Shown: positions 51,890 through 61,749, numbered from the stretch's first letter. The stretch is DNA of 64,000 bases from Candidatus Nomurabacteria bacterium RIFCSPLOWO2_01_FULL_41_18 (GCA_001785865.1 MFUZ01000002.1:22128-86127); one strand, 5' to 3'. A program made the numbers and translations. Notes: a model not told the origin generated them from the sequence alone.

Positions 51890-52585
51890 ATGATTGATTT
51901 TTCCAATTTCGAGAAAAAAACAAAAATAACTTTTAAAGATAAAAAGCTGTTGGAACAGGCATTTATCCATCGTTCCTACATAAATGAAAATCCGGGGACC
52001 AGGCTTTCGCACAATGAGCGGCTGGAGTTTTTGGGTGATGCGATTCTGGAACTTATCGTGACAGATTTTCTTTATAAAAAATATCCTAGTTATACCGAAG
52101 GCGAGTTGACCGCTTTGCGCTCGGCCTTGGTTAATGCTGTCATTATTTCTGAAATTGCCTCTAATATCGGCATGAATGAGTACTTGCTTTTATCTAAAGG
52201 TGAGGCGAAAGATAACGGCAAAGCCAGGTCATATATCCTCGCGAATACTTACGAGGCATACATAGGGGCTTTGTATCTGGATCAGGGGATTGAGGTCGTG
52301 GGGAAATTTGTCCACAAAACTATTTTACCCAAGACAGAAGAAATAGTATCAAAAAAACTTTGGCGCGATGCGAAGTCTTTAGTTCAAGAGAAAGCACAGG
52401 AATTCGTAAACTTTACGCCCGCCTACAAAGTACTCCATGAGTCAGGGCCGGATCACGACAAGCATTTTACCATTGGTATTTATTTCGGTTCAAACATGAT
52501 AGCCGAAGGCAAAGGTCAGTCCAAACAAGAAGCAGAACAAAAAGCGGCCGAAGCGGCATTAAAGGTAAAAAATTGGCTGGATTAG
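51890..52585 (+). CDS. rnc: Ribonuclease III
   Basis: HNERLEFLGDAIL, dsRBD with GPDHDKHF, SKQEAEQKAA. Confidence 0.97.
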   Translation: MIDFSNFEKKTKITFKDKKLLEQAFIHRSYINENPGTRLSHNERLEFLGDAILELIVTDFLYKKYPSYTEGELTALRSALVNAVIISEIASNIGMNEYLLLSKGEAKDNGKARSYILANTYEAYIGALYLDQGIEVVGKFVHKTILPKTEEIVSKKLWRDAKSLVQEKAQEFVNFTPAYKVLHESGPDHDKHFTIGIYFGSNMIAEGKGQSKQEAEQKAAEAALKVKNWLD

Positions 52586-52592
52586 ATAAATT

Positions 52593-54740
52593 ATGCGACT
52601 CAAGACTTTAGAATTAAATGGCTTTAAATCTTTTTCCCAAAAAACAGTTTTGGAATTTGATAATCCTATCGTTTGCGTGGTGGGTCCGAATGGATCTGGA
52701 AAATCAAACGTGGTAGAGGCTATCCGTTATGTCCTGGGCGAGCAGTCCATGAAATCTATGCGTGGAAAATCCGGCCTTGACCTTATCTTTAAGGGTTCAA
52801 AGAATCTGCCTAAAGGATCCCACGCAACTGTGAAAATATATTTTAATAATTCCGATAAAATTTTTAAACTTGAAAATGACGGGGGCGACAATATAAATTT
52901 GAATTATGACACTATCAGCATTTCACGCGAAGTTTTTTCGGATGGATTAAATAAATACAGCCTCAATGGCACAGATGTGAGATTGAAAGATATTCACAAT
53001 CTTTTGGCATCAGTGAATATTGGCTCAAGCGGGCATCACATCATTTCACAGGGTGAAGCTGACAGGATTTTGAATGCAAGCTCTAAAGATAGGAAGGAAA
53101 TGGTAGAAGATGCACTCGGGCTTAAAATTTTCCAATATAAAATAAAAGAGTCTGTCAGAAAACTGGAAAAAACAGAAAACAACATGAAAGAAGTGGTGAT
53201 GCTACGTAGGGAGAACGCTCCACACCTTAATTTTCTAAAGAAACAAGTAGAGAAATTTGAGAAGGTTAAAGAAATGCAATCAGAGCTTGCAAATCTCTAC
53301 AGAGAGTATTTAAAAAAAGAAAGTTTGTATTTAGAAAAAGAAAAAAATAGTTTGCTTGTTGAAAGACGGGAAATTTCAAATGAACTTAAAACTATTTTGC
53401 CAAAAATTTCTGACAGTGGAGAGAGCGAGTCTGCAAAAGGAAGCGAAAAAATAGAAGAGTTGAAGAAAGTTGAACAGAAACTCAATGAAATCCGCGGATT
53501 AAAAGGCGAGATGGAGAGAAAACTCGGGCGCATTGAAGGAATGATAGAGGCCAAGCAAAATAGGGTCAAGATTTCTGGCCGATGTCCGACGTGCGGAAAA
53601 GAACTAGGAGATGTAAGCCTCGAGCAGATAGAAAACAGTCAAAATAATGAGAAAGAATTGGTGGAATTAAAAAATTCGCAAGCTAGTATTTCAGCCGAAA
53701 TAAAAGAAATAGAAAATAAAGAGAAAGAATTAACTATTCAAATAGAGACAATAAAAAAAGAAATAAACAAAGAGCTGGAAGCTTTGCGTGATCTAGAAAA
53801 AGAGAAATTTAAATTTAAAGTCAGGCACCAGGAGCTCGCTTCGGCTTTAGAGCTTGTGAATATAAAAGAAGGAAGTTTGAAAGTAAGAACCGAAGCTTTT
53901 TCCAACGAAATAAAAGAAGGTGTGGCGCTTATCGGGCAGGAGATTTTGGCTTATAAGGATTATCAAACCAAAGAGCATGTAGATATAAATATTCAAGAAG
54001 AGCAAAAGAAAAAAATAGACCGTATAAAAATAAAATTGGAAGATGCGGGTATGGGTAACAGCGCTGAACTGATGAAAGAATTTAGAGAAGTCTCTGAGAG
54101 GGATCAATTTTTAACAAAAGAATTAGAAGATTTAACTAAAAGTATAGAATCTTTGCAAAAACTCATAGCAGAACTGAAAGAAAAAATAGATATAGAATTC
54201 AAAGAAGGCGTCAAAAAAATAAATAAAGAATTTCAAGAATTTTTCGCATTAATGTTTGGTGGGGGGACAGGGTCTCTTTCTGTGGTTGAAAATAAGAGAA
54301 GATCGCCTCAACGGCGATCCGCCGAAGAGGCGGACGAAGAGTTTGATGAAGATTCTTTTGTAGAAGATGAAGAAGCAATTCCAGAGCAGGGGATAGAAAT
54401 AAATGTTTCTTTGCCTCACAAGAAAGTCAAAGAGCTCCATGCGCTCTCAGGCGGAGAGAGATCTCTCACATCCATCGCGCTTCTCTTTGCTATGTCGCAA
54501 GTAAATCCGCCACCATTTTTGGTGCTCGACGAGACAGATGCGGCACTTGATGAGTCAAATTCGCGAAAATATGGGGATATGTTGGAAAAACTTTCCAAAC
54601 ATTCCCAGCTTATCGTCGTGACTCATAACCGCGAGACAATGTCCCGCGCTGGTGTGCTCTACGGGGTGACAATAGGCGCAAATGGAGCCTCCAAACTCCT
54701 CTCTGTAAAGTTCGAAGAGGCGACCCAGATTGCGAAGTAG
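52593..54740 (+). CDS. smc: Short SMC-family ATPase with central CxxC motif
   Basis: GFKSF, GPNGSGKSN, IISQG, LSGGE, LDETDAALD, VTH; follows rnc; CPTCG at about aa 331. Confidence 0.85.
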   Translation: MRLKTLELNGFKSFSQKTVLEFDNPIVCVVGPNGSGKSNVVEAIRYVLGEQSMKSMRGKSGLDLIFKGSKNLPKGSHATVKIYFNNSDKIFKLENDGGDNINLNYDTISISREVFSDGLNKYSLNGTDVRLKDIHNLLASVNIGSSGHHIISQGEADRILNASSKDRKEMVEDALGLKIFQYKIKESVRKLEKTENNMKEVVMLRRENAPHLNFLKKQVEKFEKVKEMQSELANLYREYLKKESLYLEKEKNSLLVERREISNELKTILPKISDSGESESAKGSEKIEELKKVEQKLNEIRGLKGEMERKLGRIEGMIEAKQNRVKISGRCPTCGKELGDVSLEQIENSQNNEKELVELKNSQASISAEIKEIENKEKELTIQIETIKKEINKELEALRDLEKEKFKFKVRHQELASALELVNIKEGSLKVRTEAFSNEIKEGVALIGQEILAYKDYQTKEHVDINIQEEQKKKIDRIKIKLEDAGMGNSAELMKEFREVSERDQFLTKELEDLTKSIESLQKLIAELKEKIDIEFKEGVKKINKEFQEFFALMFGGGTGSLSVVENKRRSPQRRSAEEADEEFDEDSFVEDEEAIPEQGIEINVSLPHKKVKELHALSGGERSLTSIALLFAMSQVNPPPFLVLDETDAALDESNSRKYGDMLEKLSKHSQLIVVTHNRETMSRAGVLYGVTIGANGASKLLSVKFEEATQIAK

Positions 54741-54743
54741 AGG

Positions 54744-54781
54744 AACCCCCTCCCAACCTCCCCCTTGTTAAGGGGGAGGGG
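54744..54781. repeat. Family A REP
   Basis: AACCCCCTCCCAA-CCTCCCCCTTGTTAAGGGGGAGGGG. Confidence 0.78.
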
Positions 54782-54811
54782 AAAACATAGTTTTTCACCC
54801 TAAAACTGCCT

Positions 54812-54846
54812 AATCCCATCAAAATCGAGCTGATTTTGATGGGATT
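54812..54846. terminator. 15-bp hairpin between convergent genes
   Basis: AATCCCATCAAAATC-GAGCT-GATTTTGATGGGATT. Confidence 0.6.
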
Positions 54847-54863
54847 GGTGGATTTATGTATAT

Positions 54864-56789
54864 TTATGGAGTTGGGAACTTCACCTTCTCCTCCTTACCT
54901 TCCATAATTTGATCCGGCTGAAAGGCGGAGTTTAGCTCCATTGTATTTTTTTTCACCGCTATCTCGCCATTTCGACTCAATTTCATTTCGAGAAGCATAC
55001 CCTGCATGGTCGGCTCACTCCAAGACTGGTCAAAGATGAAGTTTCCGAGCGAATAAATAATGTAGCTCATGCACGAACTTTGAGTGCAACCTTTTCTGCT
55101 GTAAACTTCAGTGTCTTCGATGACATGCGGATGGTGCCCGATGACTACTTTGGCGCCGGCGTCTACGGCTTTATGCGCTAGATATTCCTGTCTAGCATTG
55201 TGCTTTGGTTTATACTCGTCGCCGAAATGAAAGGAAACCAAAAGATAGTCCACTTGCTTTGCGGCATTTGCTACTATTTCATCAAAGCGTGGATCGCTCG
55301 CTAGTAGCTGGCCTGCTTTATCTGTGCCTGCCTCCATCCAAGTGGGTCCGACGTCAGAGAAGCCCAAAAATCCGATCTTCATCCCGTATTTTTCAATGAT
55401 TGCCGGAGTTTCAGCTTCTTCTTTGGTGTTGCCGCCACCGGTGTAAAGTATTTCGTTTTCCGTGAGGCGCGAGAGGGAATCAATATACGCTAACCGCCCC
55501 CAATCTCCGATGTGATTATTGGCGACCGAGAGCACACTGATGCCTGCTCCTTTCAAGGCCGGAATTGTCTCGGGATCCATCCTAAATGAATACAAATTTC
55601 GAAGGTCGGCGCCCTTGTTCGATGCCGGCCCCTCCAAATTAGCAAAGACAATGTCGGATTTTTTCAATATGTCTCTCAATACCTTCGATTTTTCAAAAAG
55701 CTTGGAGTAATCCCCATTGAAGTTTTTCCTGACTGAATTTTTGACTCCGCGGTCCATCATTATATCGCCTCCGAAAGTGAGTGTTATAAAATTCGGATCC
55801 TTTATGTTCGGCGTTCCTATCTTTTCTTCTACCCAATTCGTGCTTGCGTCCGCTGGTCCTCCGTAGTAAATATTTTTCTTCAAGTAGTTTAAGATATTTT
55901 CTACATCACTCCGGCGGTCAGGGCTTTGGAGCAAAGTGATTGCGATCGGGCGAACGCCGGTTTCTCCGAGCGGCAGGTTGAAAAGGGAGACCACCGTCTG
56001 TTTGGCCGGATCGGTGTATCCGCTCTTTCCGCCGAAGTAACCGTCCTTATCCAAGAACTGGCTGATATTAGACCAGCTGTGGGTCTTGTTCGAATAACTG
56101 CGCGTGGTGGTGATATCAAGGAGGCCACTCCTTTGTTCTTTCAAGTATCCAGTCAGTTTGAAAAGATCGGAAACGGTAGATTGGTTCTGTGCAGAGAGCC
56201 CACTTGGGTCCTCATACGTAGTCGAAGACATTTTTAGGTTTTCCGCCTGCTGATTCATCTTGGCGATGAATGTCTCTCTGTCAAAATGCTCTGCCAGGGC
56301 TTCGGCCGCATCATTGCTTGATTCGAGCAAGAGAGGGTAGAGAAGCTCCTTCGTCTGTATTTTCTCTCTATCTCGAAGATTGCCGTTTGAACCGTAAGTT
56401 GCCAAGGATCTTTTGCTTATTTCTACGACGTCATCCGGGGGCGAGATTAGATCGGCCACTAGCGCGGTCATGAGTTTGGACACGGAGGCGATTGGGAATT
56501 TCTTGTCTTGATTTTTAGCGAGTATCACTTCGCCAGTATTCAAGTCGCCGACCAGATAAGCAGCCGCTCCTACCTTGGGCTCTTCCTCCCCATTGTTTAG
56601 ATAGAAATATTTTGGTTTCGCATCTTTTGCTGAAATGAAAGATTGCGAGACTGTGGCGGTATTGCTTTTAGATTCCCATATTTTTGCAAAATCTGTATTT
56701 TTGAAAGCAAGAGTGGTGAGTGCAACAAGCGAAATACCCAGTATCACTGGAAACATACCCCACACCAATAATCCGATTTTTTTTCTCAT
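54864..56789 (-). CDS. D-Ala-D-Ala carboxypeptidase (S11) fused to CapA-family metallophosphatase
   Basis: ASVSKLMT (SxxK), SSN, KSG; GDIMMDRG, ANLEG, ANNH, HFG, GHHPHV, YSLGNF. Confidence 0.88.
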   Translation of the reverse strand: MRKKIGLLVWGMFPVILGISLVALTTLAFKNTDFAKIWESKSNTATVSQSFISAKDAKPKYFYLNNGEEEPKVGAAAYLVGDLNTGEVILAKNQDKKFPIASVSKLMTALVADLISPPDDVVEISKRSLATYGSNGNLRDREKIQTKELLYPLLLESSNDAAEALAEHFDRETFIAKMNQQAENLKMSSTTYEDPSGLSAQNQSTVSDLFKLTGYLKEQRSGLLDITTTRSYSNKTHSWSNISQFLDKDGYFGGKSGYTDPAKQTVVSLFNLPLGETGVRPIAITLLQSPDRRSDVENILNYLKKNIYYGGPADASTNWVEEKIGTPNIKDPNFITLTFGGDIMMDRGVKNSVRKNFNGDYSKLFEKSKVLRDILKKSDIVFANLEGPASNKGADLRNLYSFRMDPETIPALKGAGISVLSVANNHIGDWGRLAYIDSLSRLTENEILYTGGGNTKEEAETPAIIEKYGMKIGFLGFSDVGPTWMEAGTDKAGQLLASDPRFDEIVANAAKQVDYLLVSFHFGDEYKPKHNARQEYLAHKAVDAGAKVVIGHHPHVIEDTEVYSRKGCTQSSCMSYIIYSLGNFIFDQSWSEPTMQGMLLEMKLSRNGEIAVKKNTMELNSAFQPDQIMEGKEEKVKFPTP

Positions 56790-58816
56790 AATAAAATATA
56801 ATCTATTGTTTTTCGTTCCAAATCAACCCCTTTTACTTTTATTTTGACTTTATCTCCTAATTTATATTTCTTTTTTCTCTTTTGTCCGACCAATTCCAAT
56901 TTTTTCTCATTGAAAATATAAAAGTCGTCTTTCATATCTCTCACTCGCACCAAGCCTTCGCATTTTGTTTCTGTTTCTTCCACATAGATGCCCCATTCTG
57001 TGATTCCACTTATTACTCCTTCAAAACTTTCACCTGTGCGTTTTGACATATATTCCACCTGTTTGTATTTTATAGAAGCTCGTTCAGCATCTGATGCACG
57101 TTTTTCCTGTTCGGAAGAAATTCGCGCAGTCTTTTCATATTCTAACAAATGTTCTTTACTTACTTTTTTCCCAGACAAATAATCAGTGAGAAGTCTGTGT
57201 ACTATTATATCTGGATACCGCCTAATAGGAGAAGTGAAATGTGTATAATATTCAAATGCCAGACCATAATGCCCGATGTTCTTTGTGGAATAAATCGCTT
57301 TCGCCATTGACCTGATGACTGCTCTATTTACTGTTCCTTCTTCATTTTTACCCTCTAATTTTTTTAGAAGTTTATTTATTTCATGACTTGAAATAATTCC
57401 GTTTACCAAAGATATTTTATGTCCTAAACTTCGCAAAAAATATGCGAGGTCTGCCATTTTTTCTTTACTTGGAAGATCATGAATGCGATAAAGAGAAAGA
57501 TTTTTGGAAAGTATTTCAGCAACTTTTTTGTTTGCCAAAAGCATGAATTCTTCAACTAGTCTATTTGAATCACCGCGTTCTTTGGTGATGACTTTTATCG
57601 GCACTCCCGTAGGGTCTAAAACAAATTTTACTTCTTCTTGCTCGAGCGATATGGCACCATTTTTAAATCTTTCAGTGGTTAAGAGTTTTGCTAAATTATT
57701 TAAAATTGCTAATTCTTTGTGTAGGGGATCGCCAGTCTTTTTGATTGCCTCGCCCGTGGCCGGTCTATGGCCGAGGGATTCTTCTGCCTCTTCATAAGTA
57801 AATCTTTTCTGCGAATGTATTACTGTGCGTCCGTACCACTCGCTTTTTACTTTTGCATTTTTATCAATAACAAAAACTGCGCTCATGGTGAGTCTGTCTT
57901 TATTTGGCACCAGGCTACACAAATCATTTGAAAGTTCTTCTGGAAGCATGGGTATGGTTCTGTCTACTAGGTATACCGAAGTTCCACGCTCACGTGCCTC
58001 CTTATCAAGAGCACTACCCACCTTTACATAGTGCGAAACGTCGGCGATGTGGATGCCTATTTCGAAAACCTCATCCCCCGCCTTCCCCTGGAAAGGGGAA
58101 GGGGCTTTCCCCCTCTCCTCTCCAGGAGAGGGTTGGGGTGAGGTTATTCTCCTAAAAGAAATCGCATCATCAAAGTCTTTTGCATCTGCTGGATCAATGG
58201 TAAAGGTTAAAATTTTTCTAAAATCACGGCGTCCCGCATAATCACTTTCTTTTATGCCACCCTTTTTTATTTCTTCTGCTTCTCTGTATACTTTTTCTGG
58301 TAATTTTGAATCAAACCCTTTTTCTATTGCGATGGCGTGCATTTCCGCGTCATTATCTCCAGGTGTGCCTAAAATTTTAGTTACTTTTCCTTCTGGAGCT
58401 TTGCGAGGGTCCGTCCAAGAGACTATTTCTGCAAAAACTTTCTGTCCAGCTTTGGCCCCGTTCAACATATTTTCAGGAATTAAAATATCCGTATACATTT
58501 TCGTATCGTCAGGTTTTAAGAAGAACATGCTACCTTGTAATTCCAAAACTCCAGCAAAACCAATTTTTGCCCGAGAAATTATTTTTGATACTTCTGCTGT
58601 CTGCCTATTTTTTCCTTTTGGATGCAGAACAATCTCTACAGTGTCTCCATGCAGTGCAGTATTGAGGTGTTTTGAATCAATTTCTGGATCCTGATTATTA
58701 TTTTTTCCCTGCCTACCGGCAGGCAGGTCGCCAACAGCTACATATCCTGTTCCTTTTGAAGTAATGGATATAATACCCTCTAATCTGTTGCTGGGGTTAT
58801 TTTTTGAGTTTTTCAC
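56786..58816 (-). CDS. rnr: Ribonuclease R with three in-frame palindromic inserts
   Basis: TIDPADAKDFDDA, HIADVSHYV, RGTSVYL, EEFML, HFTSPIRRYPD, S1 domain. Confidence 0.95.
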   Translation of the reverse strand: MKNSKNNPSNRLEGIISITSKGTGYVAVGDLPAGRQGKNNNQDPEIDSKHLNTALHGDTVEIVLHPKGKNRQTAEVSKIISRAKIGFAGVLELQGSMFFLKPDDTKMYTDILIPENMLNGAKAGQKVFAEIVSWTDPRKAPEGKVTKILGTPGDNDAEMHAIAIEKGFDSKLPEKVYREAEEIKKGGIKESDYAGRRDFRKILTFTIDPADAKDFDDAISFRRITSPQPSPGEERGKAPSPFQGKAGDEVFEIGIHIADVSHYVKVGSALDKEARERGTSVYLVDRTIPMLPEELSNDLCSLVPNKDRLTMSAVFVIDKNAKVKSEWYGRTVIHSQKRFTYEEAEESLGHRPATGEAIKKTGDPLHKELAILNNLAKLLTTERFKNGAISLEQEEVKFVLDPTGVPIKVITKERGDSNRLVEEFMLLANKKVAEILSKNLSLYRIHDLPSKEKMADLAYFLRSLGHKISLVNGIISSHEINKLLKKLEGKNEEGTVNRAVIRSMAKAIYSTKNIGHYGLAFEYYTHFTSPIRRYPDIIVHRLLTDYLSGKKVSKEHLLEYEKTARISSEQEKRASDAERASIKYKQVEYMSKRTGESFEGVISGITEWGIYVEETETKCEGLVRVRDMKDDFYIFNEKKLELVGQKRKKKYKLGDKVKIKVKGVDLERKTIDYILL
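58067..58145. repeat. Family A REP doublet in frame in rnr (TSPQPSPGEERGKAPSPFQGKAGDEV)
   Basis: AACCTCATCCCC..CCTTCCCCTGGAAAGGGGAAGG..GGGGTGAGGTT. Confidence 0.82.
58708..58727. repeat. 20-bp near-perfect palindrome in frame in rnr (LPAGRQ)
   Basis: CCTGCCTACCGGCAGGCAGG. Confidence 0.75.
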
Positions 58817-58881
58817 CTAGTTAATATAGCATAAAAATTGAAATACATTGCCTTTTTTGTAATTTATGTTAAGCTGAGACC

Positions 58882-59202
58882 ATGTTAAAAATAAGATTAC
58901 AGAGAATAGGAAGAAAGAACGATCCGGCTTTTCGCGTGGTTTTGACTGATTCTAAAAACAGCACCAAGAGCGGAAGATTTTTGGAAATACTCGGCACTTA
59001 CAATCCAAAGGTTTTAGACAAGAAACTTAGAGTAAGTTTTGCCGATGACAGGATAAAACACTGGCTTTCTAAGGGAGCGAAGCTTTCTGATACTATGCAC
59101 AACTTTTTGGTGCAAAATAAAGTAATAGAAGGTAAAAAAGTGAATGTTTTACCAAAGAAAAAGCCAACAGTCGCAAGGAAAGAATTAAAAGCAAAGAAAT
59201 AA
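58882..59202 (+). CDS. rpsP: 30S ribosomal protein S16
   Basis: MLKIRLQRIGRKNDPAFRVV..LEILGTYNP..WLSKGA. Confidence 0.97.
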   Translation: MLKIRLQRIGRKNDPAFRVVLTDSKNSTKSGRFLEILGTYNPKVLDKKLRVSFADDRIKHWLSKGAKLSDTMHNFLVQNKVIEGKKVNVLPKKKPTVARKELKAKK

Positions 59203-59205
59203 TTC

Positions 59206-59261
59206 ACCTCACCCGGCCATTGGCCACCCTCTCCTGTCAGGAGAGGGGCTGGGGGTGAGGT
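59206..59261. repeat. Family A REP
   Basis: ACCTCACCC-GGCCATTGGCC-ACCCTCTCCTGTCAGGAGAGGGG..GGGTGAGGT. Confidence 0.8.
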
Positions 59262-59357
59262 TCTTGTTGCGATAAAATTTTATTTAGTTATAATACAAGA
59301 AGCAGTTACGTCGGAACACTGCATGATTTATTAAGGTAAGTAATATTTATAAAAGTT

Positions 59358-59702
59358 ATGGAAAACGATGCAGACAAGGTATTTTTGGAGTATGTAGTCA
59401 AGGCGCTAGTAGACAATCCTAATGACATAAAGATCGATCGCACAGTGGATGAAATGGGAGTGCTTATCACTCTCACTGTCAACCCAGCGGACATGGGCAA
59501 GATTATCGGCAGAATGGGCAACACCGCGAAAGCAATTCGCACCCTACTTAGAATCATCGGCATGAAGAACAATGCTCGGGTAAATTTGAAAATCAATGAG
59601 CCGGAAGGAAGCACTCGACCAGAGCGCCCAATGGGCTCGGCTAGCGCTCCAAGCTCGCTCAAGACCGTGGATCAAGCAATGGAAGACTTGAAGGGGATAT
59701 AA
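59358..59702 (+). CDS. khpA: KH-domain RNA-binding protein
   Basis: LVDNP..DMGKIIGRMGNTAKAIRTLL; rpsP-khpA-trmD order. Confidence 0.9.
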   Translation: MENDADKVFLEYVVKALVDNPNDIKIDRTVDEMGVLITLTVNPADMGKIIGRMGNTAKAIRTLLRIIGMKNNARVNLKINEPEGSTRPERPMGSASAPSSLKTVDQAMEDLKGI

Positions 59703-59710
59703 AATAAGAA

Positions 59711-60364
59711 ATGCGTTTTCATGTAGTTACTATTTTTCCGGAGATGTTCGATTCTTATCTGAAGGAGTCTATTTTAGGGCGGGCAATAAAAGATAAAAAG
59801 ATTTCTATAAAGTTCTATAATCCTAGAGACTTTATTAAAGCACCTAAAAATAATTACAAGCCAGTAGACGATAAACCTTACGGAGGTGGGCCGGGTATGG
59901 TGATGAAAGCCGAGCCACTGCTCAAAGCAGTGGCGAAGGCCCTCGGCATAGCGAAGGGCAAAAAAGTAAAGATTATTTTGTTTTCAACTTCCGGGAAAAA
60001 GTTTGAAACAAGTTATGCAAAAAAAATAATTAAACAAAAATATACTGACATCGTTTTAATTTCTGGACGCTATGAAGGCATAGATGCTAGGGTGCAGAAA
60101 ATTCTCAAAGCAGAAGAGATTTCAATAGGGGATTATGTGCTGACAGGTGGGGAGCTTCCAGCTATGGTTTTAATAGATTCCATTTCTCGCCAGATTCCGG
60201 GAGTTTTAGGAAAATATGAATCACTAGAAGAAGAAAGAGTCTCAAGTAGTGAAGTTTACACTCGTCCAGAAGTTTTAAAATACAAAGGTAAAAATTATAA
60301 AGTTCCAAAAGTCTTGCTTTCCGGAAATCATGCTAAAATCAACGAATGGAAGAAAAAGAAGTAA
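59711..60364 (+). CDS. trmD: tRNA (guanine37-N1)-methyltransferase
   Basis: TIFPEMF, VDDKPYGGGPGMVM, GRYEGID, SIGDYVLTGGE. Confidence 0.97.
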   Translation: MRFHVVTIFPEMFDSYLKESILGRAIKDKKISIKFYNPRDFIKAPKNNYKPVDDKPYGGGPGMVMKAEPLLKAVAKALGIAKGKKVKIILFSTSGKKFETSYAKKIIKQKYTDIVLISGRYEGIDARVQKILKAEEISIGDYVLTGGELPAMVLIDSISRQIPGVLGKYESLEEERVSSSEVYTRPEVLKYKGKNYKVPKVLLSGNHAKINEWKKKK

Positions 60365-60370
60365 AAATAT

Positions 60371-61042
60371 ATGAATGAATTTCAATCACAGAATCCTGAC
60401 TTATTTAATCCTTATCAAGTAATTAATGAAGGAGATATAATTCCAGGTATTAAGCCCCCACTCCCTTTAGAGTCTAGAGAATTTTATAAGAAAATACGTC
60501 CGTCTGGCGAAGATGGTGTAGCTAGAGATATAAAAAGGGGAATACCAGAAAATGTTAAATTGAGAGAATTTTTTACACCATTTGTCGGACAAATCATTGT
60601 AGATATAGGACCCGGAGATACAATAACTGGTTATGAGATAGCATTACTTTCGAGTGCTAATTCGTATGTTGGAGTTGAACCTTATTATTTTACTGAATGT
60701 GTAATTAAATTTACCAAACAGAATTTAGATTCTTTAAGAAAAAAATCAGCAAGAATTCCTCACACAATAGTTGAAGCAGATGCTTTAAGTTTTTTGAGAC
60801 GGTTGCCTGACAGAAGTGTCAGTTTGTTTGCCAGCCAGTTAGAGGGAGTTATGAAAGAAGAATATAGGATTGACGTAGAAAAAGAAATTCAAAGAGTTTT
60901 ACATCCGCAAGGTGCATTTATAGGGTATGATTCCAAATTGAGTTTAGATAGGAATACGTTCCAATATGATTTATTTGACAAAGAATCAAGTGATGATGCG
61001 GGTTTGTATTTCCAATTAGAAAAATATAAGTTAAAAACTTAA
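60371..61042 (+). CDS. Putative class I SAM-dependent methyltransferase
   Basis: IVDIGPG, VGVEP, ADALSFL, RVLHPQG motifs. Confidence 0.6.
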   Translation: MNEFQSQNPDLFNPYQVINEGDIIPGIKPPLPLESREFYKKIRPSGEDGVARDIKRGIPENVKLREFFTPFVGQIIVDIGPGDTITGYEIALLSSANSYVGVEPYYFTECVIKFTKQNLDSLRKKSARIPHTIVEADALSFLRRLPDRSVSLFASQLEGVMKEEYRIDVEKEIQRVLHPQGAFIGYDSKLSLDRNTFQYDLFDKESSDDAGLYFQLEKYKLKT

Positions 61043-61060
61043 TTTCTAACCCATGATGTT

Positions 61061-61096
61061 TATCTAATAATTCCGCATATGCTAGAATATTGGATA
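61061..61096. repeat. 36-bp spaced palindrome, left of PaaX/Cas2-like gene
   Basis: TATCTAA-N7-GCATATGC-N7-TTGGATA. Confidence 0.75.
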
Positions 61097-61097
61097 T

Positions 61098-61703
61098 ATG
61101 AAAAAATATGAGTATAAGGAAAGGCTAAAAGATTTTTTAAATTCTGACACTAAAGGGGCAAAAATTGCCGTGGTTGCTCTTTGTGTATTAGCTGTTGCTT
61201 CAGTACCTATAATTGTGATTGGGGTAGGAGCTTTGGGTAATGCAGTGCAAGTATTTAAAATGTTCAAGGGCTCCAAAGAATATTCCAATAAGCAAATCAG
61301 TAGCGTTATTTACAGCATGAAGCGTCAAAAGCTTATAGAATATATATACGACAAGAATGGAAAAACTATAGTAAAAATTACTAAAAAAGGAGAAAGTAGA
61401 TTAAGAGCTTTCGATATTGATCTTATGAAGATCAACAAGCCCAAAAGATGGGATGGCAAATGGAGATTGGTAATGTTTGATATTCCCATGAGATTTACAA
61501 AAGGGCGAGAAGCCCTACGACATCACTTGAAAGAACTAAATTTTTTCCAATTTCAAAAATCTGCTTGGGTTTGTCCCTACCCCTGTGAAGATGAAATAAT
61601 ATTTATCGCTGATTTCTTTGGAATAGGGAAGTATGTGGAAGTTTTGACTGCAGAAAGTATTTTAAGAGATGAAAAATTAAAGAAACATTTTCATTTGTCT
61701 TAA
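61098..61703 (+). CDS. PaaX-like protein (winged helix plus Cas2/VapD-like domain)
   Basis: KITKKG wing, WDGKWRLVMFDIP..REALR..L..FFQFQKSAWVCP. Confidence 0.82.
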   Translation: MKKYEYKERLKDFLNSDTKGAKIAVVALCVLAVASVPIIVIGVGALGNAVQVFKMFKGSKEYSNKQISSVIYSMKRQKLIEYIYDKNGKTIVKITKKGESRLRAFDIDLMKINKPKRWDGKWRLVMFDIPMRFTKGREALRHHLKELNFFQFQKSAWVCPYPCEDEIIFIADFFGIGKYVEVLTAESILRDEKLKKHFHLS

Positions 61704-61713
61704 ATCTATCCCT

Positions 61714-61749
61714 TATCCAAAATCCTAGCATATGCACAAAAATTGGATA
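61714..61749. repeat. 36-bp spaced palindrome, right of PaaX/Cas2-like gene
   Basis: TATCCAA-N7-GCATATGC-N7-TTGGATA; inner 22 bp is a 20/22 inverted match to the left site. Confidence 0.75.

Noticed and set aside
61061-61749. CRISPR locus (36-bp repeats plus Cas2-like gene)
   Set aside because: Only two non-identical sites ~620 bp apart, no spacer periodicity and no cas1 or effector genes.
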